DNA of 63,287 nt, counting the filler, from Octopus bimaculoides (lineage: Eukaryota), in NCBI RefSeq assembly GCF_001194135.2. It is 5 parts of 5 records of this genome, joined end to end, with 100 filler letters (N's around TTAATTAATTAA, not from the genome) between each part and the next. Parts side by side here need not be neighbours in the genome. Positions count along the whole stretch, not along the records: positions 1 to 28,474 come from NC_068988.1; positions 28,575 to 43,970 come from NC_068986.1; 3 more parts are not named here. The stretch is one strand, 5' to 3'. A program made the position numbers and the translations under genes. The notes under the pieces are model-generated. The model ran no database searches. It was given only the letters and a program-made list of their open reading frames with translations, and had not been told where the DNA came from. Shown in pieces: positions 15,233 through 28,627 of this stretch. Position 1 is the first letter of the stretch. Every line of letters starts with the position of its first letter.

Positions 15233-16949
15233 CTGGGAGAGATTGGAGTTTGTGAAGGAAAAGCTGATGGATGAAAAGTGTTGAAAAAGGAACATTACTC
15301 AAAAGTTTGTGTGCACCAAAAATCATTGTCGTTTCTTTTTATTGCAAAGGTTCGATGAGAAGTGGAATCAACGATGATTGATCTTGGATGTCAGTGTGTA
15401 AAGCAATGGCACATTTCCTCAAATCTAAAACGGACAAAATCTTACCACTCAGTTACACTGATGTAGTCAATCGTACAAATGAAACAAATCATCAGAAAGA
15501 TAATTTATATAAAAAAATTATAATACTAAAATGTTTCACTTCTCTGCATTATGCTTTCTCCATTCATAAATTGTCACCATAAAATATATGAGATTATATG
15601 CTGGTAAGTATTATTTTCTATCTTCTTAGCATACATTACTTAGCAACACTATCTCTATAGATGTAGAATCAACAAAGAAAGCTAACTATTGAACTAGATA
15701 CCTTGCCGGTTCACTATCTCATTGTTCTAAATTTATATGTCACAGAAGATCAGAACATCACTCCTGGATTGATAGAGTGCCTGTAAGCATCGACACTATA
15801 TTCCATGAAAGATATACTTTCATCCAAACAATTGGCTTTTGTATCCATAAAGACAGAGCTACACTCAAATGCCGTGCAATACTTATTCATTTTTATCAAT
15901 TCAAATACCATCATCATCATCAAAGTATCAATTACAGTCCGGATTTATTCAATTAGCTATGCACCCTTCTTTAAAAAAAATCTAGCGTCTTATTCGTCAA
16001 TAATCAATTTTAAACTTAATTGAAGGAATGAACGAAAAAACATTGGTGTAAACAAAACCTCCTGAAGTAAGTTAGAATATAAAAAAATATCTTATAAATC
16101 TATTGTTATCATGCTAGTAACCTACAAAGATTATTGCCCATAAAGGAAGTTACAAACCATTTAGTTGTCGGAAATGCACAAATCTGAAAGTTACATGATA
16201 GTAGTATTGTGTCGGGTAGCAAACATGGGCTTTATGAATGTTATATTCCTTAGTCTTTCTGAATCGAAACATGTTTTTAAAATGTCTAATATTTCACGAA
16301 ATGAATTCTATTTAGTTGGCTACTGCCTGGTTATTTAGGTGGAGTATATTGGGATCTTACAACAATTTAAAAAAAATTTAGAGTTACTTATTATAATAGC
16401 ACACCTTTAATGTAATATACACACAGTTCAACAAGACATAATATGACGAGTCTGGCTATCGAATACAAGTAACAGTCCATCGAAAGAATTCAACAAAATT
16501 TTTCACAATTTGATTTACATCATCTGGTTTGGTTGGAATAGGATCTATGGCAGTATAAATTGTTTGCTAAATCGGGAACCTTGTGATTATAGAACGGGTC
16601 GACATTAAGCTGTCCTTAAAATATTCGTGGGCTCTCAACTTTGCCCAGTCCATTTTGTGATATGACAAATAGCAATATTCATAAATGGAGCAACTACTGA
16701 TCACAGTAAGATGACCGTTTTAGAACTTCCACTGATTTCTGGACACTACAATCACTCGAAAGTCATGTCTTTAGAGATTTTCACCATTGCTTCTTCTTGA
16801 AACTAAGAAATTTATTGGATATAGGAATGCCAGATGAATTATTGGTGCTATCCACACTGAATATATTATGCATTCTGACATGTAATGGTTTATGATATAG
16901 AATGCAGTGTGGCAGTTCAAAAATTTTCTTAACTGCCAAGCTTGTTGTT

Positions 16950-17065
16950 ACCTATATAAATTCTGGCGAGAAATTTTATTTGATGGGCTTACAGTTCTAT
17001 GTTTAACTTTAGATGTCGTTCCTCAGGGATGGAATTCACCAGCGGTTGCACTAGACCAGACGTAC
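16950..17065 (+). mobile_element. Possible LTR-retrotransposon (Ty3/gypsy-like) RT relic
   Basis: Peptide FDGLTVLCLTLDVVPQGWNSPAV resembles the LPQGxxNSP RT motif; flanks decayed. Confidence 0.4.
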
Positions 17066-17639
17066 CTCGTTGTTATTCAAAAACATTGCACGAAAATTAC
17101 AGGTGATATTTTAAAGATTATTCTTCATTTTAGCTACTACTACTTCTTACAGTTTTTGATTGTTTGTCTTCAGCTATGTCGGCCAGTTAGGGAACCTCTA
17201 GTTCGTTGTGCACCAAATTTTTCACTAATCCACTAACAATTACAAGCTCCAAACTAATAATTTTACCAAAATTTCAACTCTCTGGAACCTCCTCTCTCTC
17301 TGCACATTTTTGTGCAGCAGTCAATTTGTGAAGGTCATGAACACATTCCTTTCCTACAGGTCAGTCCATAAAAAGATTCACAACCTAAGGATGTCTTTAG
17401 AACGAAAGAACACACCGGTTAAAATAGTTCAAAATACCATAAAATTGAGAAAGAAACCCTACCAAAACCGGATGGTTGAAGCGGTCACTCCGATAGAAAT
17501 GATAAAAATTCGACACAAATAAATTGTGTCTGAAATAATAAGTTGCTGATAGTCTATGTTTTATAGGATAAACGATTAAGATCCTTCCCAAATCACATAG
17601 ACACATAGGGCAGGTTACTTGATCTGTGTGGTGCATGTA

Positions 17640-17822
17640 TTTTTCCCTGGACGGGACATTAGTCCGTCGTAGGATTACTCACTTTTGCCAACTGAGTAAA
17701 CTGGAGTAACGTCAAATGAAGTGTTTTGCTCAGGAATACAATGCATCGCCTGGCTCAGTAATCTCATCCACAATCTTACGACCATGAGTACAACAACCTA
17801 ACCACCAAGCCATGCGCCTTAG
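17640..17822 (-). mobile_element. tRNA-headed SINE family E
   Basis: Minus strand ggcgcatggcttggtggttagg... gagcaaaacacttc... gacggactaatgtcccgtccaggg; related pieces at about 53515-53665 and 59325-59415. Confidence 0.7.
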
Positions 17823-18924
17823 CCTACGTTACATAGGTCTGCTCAAACCAGCGGTGTCATGTAACAAAATAAAGACAAAGACAATTTGCAATGATAAATT
17901 TGAAGACAGTTCCCAGTATTCTTATATAACCATACATTTTGCATTCTTACCATTCTCATCGACGACACCATTATCAGTAGCAACAAAAGCAGGTTCGACA
18001 GAAATAATAATATAAACTCAATATTAATAATACTTAAAATTATTTTATTTCAAAAGCACGAAACCGGAGATTAATAAAAAGAAAAAAAAAATATTCAAAA
18101 AGGGTTAGCAGAACCGACTATACATTTCGTTTTGCCTAGAGTTAAACAACAATAGCAATAACAAAAACAATGCTGATGATGATGATGATGCTGATGATGA
18201 TGATGATGATGATGATGACGATGACGATGACAAAGATGACGACGACGATGATGGCGATGATGATGATGATGATGATGATGATGACGACAACGTCATATTT
18301 CTATTACCAGACAAATCCCATAAGGGTCAAATGAATGTACAAATGTTTTGAAATGAATGAGTTACGAATGATTTCCAGAAGCATTTTTTGTAGAACAAAA
18401 TACAAGAACAAAATATTCAATAGATAACATTTATTATTTATATTATTGTTATTATTGTTGTGGTTGTTATATCGTTATAGTTGTTGTTCGCAAATTCTCC
18501 TATATTAATGTCATATTCACATTTATCTAATATGAAAAAGGGGAAAAAGTAACCAAACATTTACTTTATAAATTGTTATCTCTATAGCATGATCACAGAT
18601 ACTTTGACTTTGCATACGTCACATACAAATAATACACACACACACACACACACACGCACGCACGCACACACACACACACACACACATACATAGATGATGT
18701 GTGTGAGTGGGCGTATACATATGCGTATATATATATATATATATGATTATCATTCATGGAGAAAAGTTTCAAAGTGACTCAAGGGTCGAAATTTTCGTGC
18801 ATAACCTTACCATAAGTGATTTAGACGAAACTCTCAGCCTTTGAGTCGTTTTTTAAGTTCTGCTGATGAAAAATAATAAACCAGATGCACTCCCGTATTG
18901 AATTCTATTATTCTGTTTATTGCA

Positions 18925-19090
18925 CCGAACCTACCTACCTACCTACCTACCTACCTACCTACCTACCTACCTACCTACCTACCTACCCGCCTGCCTACCT
19001 ACCTATCTACCTGCCTACCTGCCTGCTTGCCTGCCTGACTGCCTACCTACCTACCTACCTACCTACCTACCTACCTACATACATACATAC
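18925..19090. repeat. (CCTA)n/(CCTG)n/(CATA)n compound tetranucleotide microsatellite
   Basis: Read directly. Confidence 0.95.
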
Positions 19091-19316
19091 ATACATACAT
19101 ACGTACATACATAAGCTCACACTTGTATAGAAGAATGTATGTAGGATTGTGTGCGTGTATTTATGTAACTTTTCCTACCGTTCTTGAGGCGGCCTCATCT
19201 TCTGGTGGAGCTATGGGGACACCGTCTGCGCACACGGTGTGTCTTAGGAAAAGGAACCTTGCAGAGTTCGTCTGTTTCCATATATAAATACAGTCGATTC
19301 CTACCAGAGAGATAGT

Positions 19317-19350
<34 letters not shown>

Positions 19351-21473
19351 AGAAGAAGAAGAAGAAGAAGAAGAAAANNNNNNNNNNNNNNNNNNNNNNN
19401 NNNNNNNNNNNNNNNNNNNNNNNNNNNNNNNNNNNNNNNNNNNNNNNNNNNNNNNNNNNNNNNNNNNNNNNNNNNNNNNNNNNNNNNNNNNNNNNNNNNN
19501 NNNNNNNNNNNNNNNNNNNNNNNNNNNNNNNNNNNNNNNNNNNNNNNNNNNNNNNNNNNNNNNNNNNNNNNNNNNNNNNNNNNNNNNNNNNNNNNNNNNN
19601 NNNNNNNNNNNNNNNNNNNNNNNNNNNNNNNNNNNNNNNNNNNNNNNNNNNNNNNNNNNNNNNNNNNNNNNNNNNNNNNNNNNNNNNNNNNNNNNNNNNN
19701 NNNNNNNNNNNNNNNNNNNNNNNNNNNNNNNNNNNNNNNNNNNNNNNNNNNNNNNNNNNNNNNNNNNNNNNNNNNNNNNNNNNNNNNNNNNNNNNNNNNN
19801 NNNNNNNNNNNNNNNNNNNNNNNNNNNNNNNNNNNNNNNNNNNNNNNNNNNNNNNNNNNNNNNNNNNNNNNNNNNNNNNNNNNNNNNNNNNNNNNNNNNN
19901 NNNNNNNNNNNNNNNNNNNNNNNNNNNNNNNNNNNNNNNNNNNNNNNNNNNNNNNNNNNNNNNNNNNNNNNNNNNNNNNNNNNNNNNNNNNNNNNNNNNN
20001 NNNNNNNNNNNNNNNNNNNNNNNNNNNNNNNNNNNNNNNNNNNNNNNNNNNNNNNNNNNNNNNNNNNNNNNNNNNNNNNNNNNNNNNNNNNNNNNNNNNN
20101 NNNNNNNNNNNNNNNNNNNNNNNNNNNNNNNNNNNNNNNNNNNNNNNNNNNNNNNNNNNNNNNNNNNNNNNNNNNNNNGAAGAAGAAAAAGAAGAAGAAA
20201 AAGAAGAAGAAAAAGAAGAAGAAAAAGAAGAAGAAGAAAGAGTAATTAATCATTTTCCCCAGTATTTGCTCGTTCCCACTTTTATTATGCAGCAACTCCA
20301 ATATTAGCCCCTATGATCTTTTTCCCTCCGAAGAAGGAAATGTGTTCAAAACTTCACTACTTCACTGAAATTTATTTTTCTTCTACGAAAATTAAGAAAC
20401 CTCCCAGACACAGACCCCCCCAAATCACTATTTTTTACATTATATTACACTAATTATGTGCCCTTATTTCCCTATTGCACCTACACTAAACCTATTTACG
20501 CAGGGTTTACACCATGGACTCAAAAAATGCTTACTCCCTTTGTTCCAGCATGCCGCCATACAAATATACGTATGTCAACTTCATCTTCACCAAAGTATAA
20601 TTTTCTATCGCCACGTGAATTTGGATCCCGCTTCTGCCGTTCCACCTGTCTTTGCAGGTGACTGCCACCATACCAACTCACGCACTGAATATAGCCCCAC
20701 GACCATTTGTTCCATGTGTTATAAATGATAACTCTGAATCGTGACATCAGACATTCCTGTCGTCTTCTTACCCCAACTCGTCCACACTATAGCTCCACAC
20801 TATAGCCATTTACAGCTACCATCTTAACTGATGTTGTTTCGATTTCCTTCATGACGCACAAAACGTTCCCAAATACTGGTGCTTCTGCGAGCAGTCATAT
20901 CATACCGACACATGCAGTAGTTTATTTGCCTTGCGAACGCTTCGCCTAAGCTGAAGTCGCTATTTCATATTCACGTGCATGGTTGTCAAGATTCTGACGT
21001 ATACACTGAGGCCGGACAGTTTCCTGAATGAGCTTAGTTTGAGATGTTCCTCCTCAACAGAGTACGAGATGCCTCAATTTCTGGATGTAAACAGTATTGT
21101 TCCAATTGGGTGCCTAACTTATGATAGTACAATTAAGACCTGCTCCTTGATAAATATCTCTATCATCTAAATTGTTTCCGTTGCTGTAAACGACAAAAAA
21201 TGCTTAATATCGCTGCCTGAGATCTTGTTTGATTCTGTCAGCGCTGCCAATAGCGTGACAGCATCATAAAGTCGGTGGATAAAGGATAAACGGCAGTGTA
21301 TTGGCATATTGATTTTTGCCAGGGGGAAACCTGTTAATTTAACGATGACCAGAAACATTAGACATAACATTCTTGTAAACCAAACGCTAATTTCTACTGT
21401 GATATTCCAGCTCATCTTCATTTTCTCTTTTTCTTGATACTACTACTATTACTACTACTACAACTACTACTAA

Positions 21474-21505
<32 letters not shown>

Positions 21506-21639
21506 CCAATTTCATTCCCCAAAGGGCCCGCACTTCCATTTCTGCTACTCTCCAACCCAACACTTTCATCTCCACTTGCAACTGCCCTTGATCGCTGCAC
21601 TTTCATTCGAAATGAAAACTAAAACTAGACATCTATGAT

Positions 21640-22120
21640 TCCTCTTCCAGACCTGTCAAACTTTTCTTCACTATCGACGTAAATATCTTACACATAGTTA
21701 TCCTCCAAGATAACGCTTGTACTCGATCCGTAACTTTTCACTTCACAAACTCGTTCTTACCCTAAATTACTTCTCTTCGTCTCTTAATTCCTGCCAGCGT
21801 ATAAACAGAGTATTTGTAGGAACTAAGACTGGTCCAGTTATATCAACTTATCCTTGGGTCACACCAAGGGATAAATTTTCACTTAGTGATCTTCATCAAA
21901 TTTTAAATTAAACAAACGAAACAACCGGTACACTGATGTCGACGCAGCCTTACTATCCAGAGATAAACTTAGAATTTTCATATTCTGCATGAACATCCTC
22001 CACACACGACTGAAATTCACTTCCACCATATTTATCAACTTCGACATCTCTATCCCTAGTGACAATCTTCTCAATTCCACACTGGTTCACTACAAAGTCA
22101 CTAACTCTCACTCCTAACAC
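21640..22120 (+). mobile_element. Penelope-like element reverse transcriptase relic
   Basis: Frameshifted peptides LFFTIDVNILHIVI (cf. LFTMDxxSLYTxIP), KLVLTLNYFS..QRINRVFVGTKTGP (cf. QxNGVAMGTKMGP), RYTDVD (RYIDD), LVHYKVTNSHS (VHYKPTDSH). Confidence 0.8.
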
Positions 22121-22695
22121 GAGTCTTCTTTAAATTTTGGTGGTGGTTTTCTGTCGTTCGACAATGAGGATTGTTAGACTAATTGAATAGCCTATTTTTG
22201 AATCGACGCGTATGTGACTGAGCCTCTCACAGACTCGTGCACCATTAACATAATCCTCACATAAAATAACCGTGGCACACGGTGTGATGACGCTGTACAT
22301 TGGAGTTACAATCACAGCTTGGATACAGTTTCCGTCAAACGATTTCACTCACAGGTATTAGTTTGAGCCAAGCGAGGGTAAAAACTTTTGGCCAAGATCC
22401 CATACCATGGATTAGCATGTTTGCGAATTGAACTTCTCAATCGCGCTGCCATGCTTCCTCCCAAACACACACATACACGCACTTAGAAATATAATACGTT
22501 GATTGCATACATATATATTATACATATAATTTTATGTACATTTATACACATATACATACATGCATACATACACACATGCACACACACACGTGTGTGTGTG
22601 TGTATGTGTTCGAGAGACCATATGTATAGTTGTAATATATATCCATAATATACAGGTATAGTATATATATATATATATATATTCCTTTGACTTCT

Positions 22696-23066
22696 GAATA
22701 CAATTATAATTAAGGGCACAGAAGCTACAATGCCTATATGCTAGAAAGAGATGCCAAATACGTCCAATCCTGTAAGTTTCATTTCAATATACACATGCTG
22801 AAAGCGGGGAAAGCGGACCGACCAAAAATACGTTAAATAATTCTGGTAGTTCTAGATTGATCAATTTCTGGATAAGTTATTAAACGCATCGAGAAATTGA
22901 TCGATCTAGAACTACCAGAAATATTTAACGAATTTTTGGTCAGTCCACTTTTTCCGCTTTCAACCTGTGTATATGGAAGTGAAATATACAGTGGTTGGCC
23001 GTATTTCACGTCTCTTTCTATCATATAGGCACGGTAGCGTGTGTGCCCTTAATCATAATTGCATTC
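22696..23066. mobile_element. Foldback (palindromic) element, probably a MITE; ~178-bp arms, 14-nt loop
   Basis: 22696-22873 aligns by eye to the reverse complement of 22888-23066, e.g. ttctggtagttctagat / atctagaactaccagaa. TTAA-GGGCAC...GTGCCC-TTAA lies near the ends. Confidence 0.85.
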
Positions 23067-23692
23067 TATACAATTATATATCTCTCCATATGAATTTTGC
23101 CTAAAAAGTTTTTTCGTATATGCTGGCCACTGATAAAAAATCATTAATTTAAATGATTTTATCCTTTAATTATGTTTATNNNNNNNNNNNNNNNNNNNNN
23201 NNNNNNNNNNNNNNNNNNNNNNNNNNNNNNNNNNNNNNNNNNNNNNNNNNNNNNNNNNNNNNNNNNNNNNNNNNNNNNNNNNNNNNNNNNNNNNNNNNNN
23301 NNNNNNNNNNNNNNNNNNNNNNNNNNNNNNNNNNNNNNNNNNNNNNNNNNNNNNNNNNNNNNNNNNNNNNNNNNNNNNNNNNNNNNNNNNNNNNNNNNNN
23401 NNNNNNNNNNNNNNNNNNNNNNNNNNNNNNNNNNNNNNNNNNNNNNNNNNNNNNNNNNNNNNNNNNNNNNNNNNNNNNNNNTATTGACTTCAGAAAATAG
23501 TCTAATATTGGGGCATATAAACCCTCGACGGAAAAATTATGGGCATTAGTGTTGATGGGAAATGAAACCTCACCTTTTATTTTCAATGCCAACCTTCTTC
23601 CGTTGTGAGTTTATATGCCCCAATGTTTGACTACTTTCTATAGTCAATATTTAGTGAAAGCTTATAAGCTTAAGATTGTAATTACACTTCCC

Positions 23693-23770
<78 letters not shown>

Positions 23771-24819
23771 GTTTGTGTGTGTATGTGTGTGTGTGTGTTA
23801 AACATATCTGTTTTATAAATGTATATACACACATGTACACCCACACAGACTTTATGTATGATCGAATATAAATGTCTGTGTCTGTGTGTATAGAAACTTG
23901 CTATCTCGACTAAATATGGTAAAGGAAATATATTTCTAAATGTGTCTGCATGTTATCTTATTTTGAAATAACTACTAAAATTAAACAAGCCTATATACCT
24001 ATCGATAAACGGAATTCACAGAAAAATGAAAGAATTTATAAAGTGAATAAAATAGGACGAAGAATGAATTACATTTGCGCTCATTTGTTAATATACAGCA
24101 AACATTCTATTAAATATCTTCAATATTTCAAAACATTTTTCTGTTTCTCGAACAAAAAGAATATTCTTTCATACGTCACTTTCTTTTCATTTATTTCCAA
24201 ATCATTCACACTGCATACCGCTTCATTTTCTTTTTAATTCTTCTCTCCATGTTTATTACAAAATAGTCGTCATGATGAGGCCGCTAATATCATTGTGTGA
24301 AACGATGATATATCACGATTAAGTATTAGGAGTGTGATATTTTGGATTTTCTAATATAAAGGCAGTGTATAGAATTACATTATCGATTACCTTCTGACAG
24401 GATATCAAAATAAAGTTTCTCGTAAACTAAAAGTGCAATACATCACGCCTACTCTATATTTCTATATCGATGCTCACATTTAAGACTGGGAAATGTTTGT
24501 CTTTTGAAAGAATAGAAAAAAAAGCGAATCGTCACGGCGTTTATATATATTTTCTTTTACTTATACTCCGTAGCCTGTTGTTAACAGAACAGGGAAATGA
24601 AATTTATAATGGACATATAAACATGGTAAATAAAATTAAGTTGCTTGAAATGGATCACATCGCACGCCCTAAATATCTTCTTAATATTCCAACAGAAATT
24701 TATGAAAAGCTTAGATGCTCTTTATGAGACGGTTTCTCATTGTGCACAACCAGAATAAAAGAAATTCATGATACTGGATTTCTTATGTTTCATTTCTTGA
24801 TACTGTTTTGTCGTCACAG

Positions 24820-24967
24820 TTATGTGATTTAACTCTCTCAGCTGCAGACCAAATAAGTTGCATGTATATGTTCAACATACCGAGTTACCCATAACAAATA
24901 TGAAATCATATCGGAGTATTCAAAGAGAAAGTTCTCCTTTATACATAATGATAGAATTTGGCAGAAC
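24820..24967 (+). other. Weak candidate exon, probably non-coding (148 nt)
   Basis: Pyrimidine-rich acceptor ...gtcacag| and aac|GTAAGT donor; no frame fully open from this acceptor. Confidence 0.25.
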
Positions 24968-27771
24968 GTAAGTGTAGAGAATTGATATTTGAGTTTGAAA
25001 TGTTTAAAACTATGACTAAAACTAGAAAGAATGGGTGAGAATTTCAACTATTTTACCATTATTTTATCGACCCTAGTAGGATGAAAATAACGGGAGCCAC
25101 TCCATGATTTGAACTCTGGATATAACTCAAGACGACTTCTAATAGTAACTGAATTTCACGTATTGGAGAGCAGGTCATAATAATAATTTCTTTCACAAAA
25201 ACAGAGCCACTTATTTTTGGCGAGAGAACAATCAGTTTATCGAACGTAGTTCTTTACTGCTACTTTATTTATCGACCGTGACAGGAAGAAATTTGAAGAC
25301 AACCATGGAGGTATTTGAACTCACAACGTAAAGATTCGTAACAAAATATCTCAAACAATTTTAGCTTCCCATACATATATAGGGATGATAAAACTCTAAT
25401 TATTTCGAAAAACTATTTACGTCTAAAGATATTTTCCTCTAATCAATGTATAGAATTTAAAATTAATCCTGAAGTAAATACTGATATCATTTGTAACTAA
25501 ATAGAGTTCTTGCCCCAAGTGCAAGTTGCTTGACCTCAATATTATCGATTAATAGTTGCAAGTAACTTGAAGTAAACATTTGTACCAAATGTATTAAACT
25601 TTACATCAGCCGCTGGCATTGCTTCCCTCTTTGTGTACTGTAAGTTAGAAGGATTAAAATTTGAAGGAAAGAGATGTGAAGGAAACAAACCAACCAATGA
25701 ATGTAAAAATATTAGCATACTGAAGTAAGATTTTCAGTGGTAAATATACTGGAAATAGCGCTAGCTATGATACAATATACCACAGTATATTTGTACACTT
25801 TTACAAAATTTCACTATGTACACACATTATAATCCACTATATAACAGCTCGTAGCTTTAGACTACTCGGGCAAAAACTTGGAAGTGTATGTGAAATTGCT
25901 AAAACAGTCAGATAGGTAACTAAGTCAATTATACGAGAATATGACCGAAAAATAGAACATTGAACGATAGAATATTTCTTACCGACCACACAGATGTCTA
26001 AATAGTGAACACGTAATCCTCAAAATAGAAGCTTCACAGCTACTGAGCCAACGAAATAAAGTCTATGTAGTCGCTCGACTTGCAAGAATTAATAACAAGA
26101 TTTCTCTTACAGCACATTCCACCATATTTAAGGAGAGGGTGTTAAATGGGATTTTTACGGTTGCAATGCCTTCGAGCATTGATTTTTTTCCGAAATGAGT
26201 TGATCTGGGGTTAAACAACAACAACAATAGCAGCAATAACCAGTTGATAACTGGTTATTGATTGAATAGAGTTGATTGAACGTTATTAATGAGGACGACA
26301 ACAACAAAATCACATGACTATATTAACCTACACTGAAGATCTATATTATTACAAAACACAACATTATACAAAAATAAACATTCCGTTCGATAATAACTAA
26401 ATGTGGAGACCGTTCAATATTTCAACAGTGAATATTTCATTAAAAAAAAACTGTTTTCAGCATTATCAGAATCAACAACAACCATCACAACAACAACAAC
26501 AACAACAACACTAATAATCTCTTCGATGAAATTTTCGCTCGAACATTTCTATAATGTAAGTTCAGAACACGTAAACCATATTAAAATGGAGAAGTAAAAC
26601 TTACAATTTATCTTACTTCAGCCCAAGATATGTAAGACAAAAAAGTCTTGAGAATTATCGTTTCGAAGTTAGCGAGTCTGGCTTACAACGCACAATATCA
26701 GTACAAAATAAGAAAACAATCCATTCTCTTCTCCCTCTCTCTCTCCTTCTCCCTCTCATACACACACGCACTCTCTTTCTTTCTCCTTGTATATATACAT
26801 ATGTACGTACATACACACCTAAAGCAGTTTTCGCTTGCAAGATGCAGATATGGTTATTTTTAATAAAAAGTTAAGCAAAATTTTCCAAGACAGTTTGAAA
26901 TTAGAGCTCATATTCAATTTATATTTGGTTCTGTAAATATGAACGTGTGAGGATGAATGACAAAACCGTTAATTTTTTAAAATAGATGATTTTTGCTGAT
27001 TTGATTGTATCATGATTTCTTGCAGGGAATGTATAGTTTTCCCAACATATAAAAACAACAAAAAGAGATTACTCTTTTGTCAGAAATATGTATCACACAC
27101 AGTATGTGTGATATTGGAAAGAAAAAAAAAAAAAAACGGAAAAACTTTCAACATATTTTTGCAGCAGTTACAAATCCACCAAGGTGGGAAACCTTATTTG
27201 GCGCCAATGTCGCGACCCGATGACTACAGTTGTTGTATTCTATCAAATGCCACTCGTTATTTTAGTGTTTGTAACTTTAAAAATATTCTGCATTTTCTTT
27301 TGCCTTATTTTTTACTTCAGACAAAGTTTTCAAAATATAATTAAACAACAACGAATTAATTCTGTATCTTCTTTCTCTCCACTTCAAGATAAAACGATTT
27401 AGCTTACACAGTTATTTTTTTTTTTCAAAATACATTATGCAAGTCACATATGCGACACTGACTGTATCGATTGTGACATTTTCCCATTGATCTGTTTATA
27501 TACCAGTCATAATTCATTTAAACAGTGGTACAAGTTACTTGTTTCCTGCGCTAATAAATCATAAAAAAAACCATACGTCTCTAGAAAAAAAGGAAAAAAT
27601 AAAACAAAAGAAAAAGAAATGTACATAGAAGGATATTTCAACAGTTATGTTTTAACTGTAAACAAAATTGAAATGGAGAGAAAAAGAAATTAAAGCAATG
27701 TTCTTTAGTTTAAGTTTGAGTTATATGAAAGGTGTGAGGCAAGCCGAATCGGTTTCCTCCTCCTTTGATTG

Positions 27772-27987
27772 TCAAACTGGCGTGCTGGTCTGTCCTTTCT
27801 TATTTGAAGATGTTAATAGAACTTTGCAAGCTTCTTTCGGTTTGATCTTGTAATGAACTGATGATGACTTGTTTACCGTCGATGCTCGTGATACCTCAGA
27901 ATTGATTGTCGGGCAGCTGTTCTTGCGAGTATCTGGACGAGTTTCAGGAAGACAGGTCAAACCAGTTCTTCGAAGATAATGAAGAAC
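27772..27987 (-). CDS. Candidate terminal coding exon (71 aa then stop), product unknown
   Basis: Acceptor tattgtattttggcag|; single open frame VLHYLRRTGLTCLPETRPDTRKNSCPTINSEVSRAS...TSTPV*; AT-rich sequence follows the stop. Confidence 0.35.
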   Translation of the reverse strand, partial: VLHYLRRTGLTCLPETRPDTRKNSCPTINSEVSRASTVNKSSSVHYKIKPKEACKVLLTSSNKKGQTSTPV

Positions 27988-28253
27988 CTGCCAAAATACA
28001 ATATCATAATTTACATAGAACATTTATTATCTGATAAAGTGACAAACAAATGCAATGTATTGCAATACGTACGAAGAGAAATGTTACAATGCTCAAAACA
28101 CCGAACAATAGCCTATGCAGAAAGATGTATTACCAGCGAAAGAAGACTATAATCCATTTTTGATTTGGAATTAAAGCACCTTATTTTTGTGACATTTACC
28201 ACACAATTATCAAAGTATTTAATGAACTGCACGTCTCCCTTTGAACAATTTAC

Positions 28254-28320
28254 CTTACACAAGTCAGACTTGTTGCTTGTAATACATATGGATTATTTTC
28301 AATGATAGGAAAGAGTATAT
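28254..28320 (-). other. Candidate small exon (62 or 67 nt) just upstream of the 27987 exon
   Basis: Strong acceptor tttttgcttccctctttcag|; donors tgt|GTAAGG (28259) or aag|GTAAAT (28254); open frame ILFPIIENNPYVLQATSLTC. Confidence 0.35.
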
Positions 28321-28442
28321 CTGAAAGAGGGAAGCAAAAATTCATCCACTTGTTTAGCATGAATTGATTTTATAATTTGACCGTGTTTACAGACGATATA
28401 TATGTACACACACACACACACATTCACACACGCACACATATA

Positions 28443-28474
<32 letters not shown>

Positions 28475-28518
28475 NNNNNNNNNNNNNNNNNNNNNNNNNN
28501 NNNNNNNNNNNNNNNNNN

Positions 28519-28530
28519 TTAATTAATTAA
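28519..28530. other. Artificial scaffolding spacer TTAATTAATTAA (also 44015-44026, 56889-56900, 60759-60770)
   Basis: Identical 12-mer, a stop codon in all six frames, always embedded in N runs. Confidence 0.95.
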
Positions 28531-28574
28531 NNNNNNNNNNNNNNNNNNNNNNNNNNNNNNNNNNNNNNNNNNNN

Positions 28575-28627
<53 letters not shown>

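Noticed and set aside
17345-17370. Other AG|GT juxtapositions (17359/60, 20658/59, 39777/78, 62240/41, plus strand) as recursive sites
   Set aside because: Donor halves (GTCAGT, GTGACT, GTATAG, GTACTC) are weaker than GTAAGT, and AGGT is common by chance.
28519-28530. TTAATTAATTAA islands inside N runs (4 places)
   Set aside because: Identical six-frame stop linker added in scaffolding; not biological.
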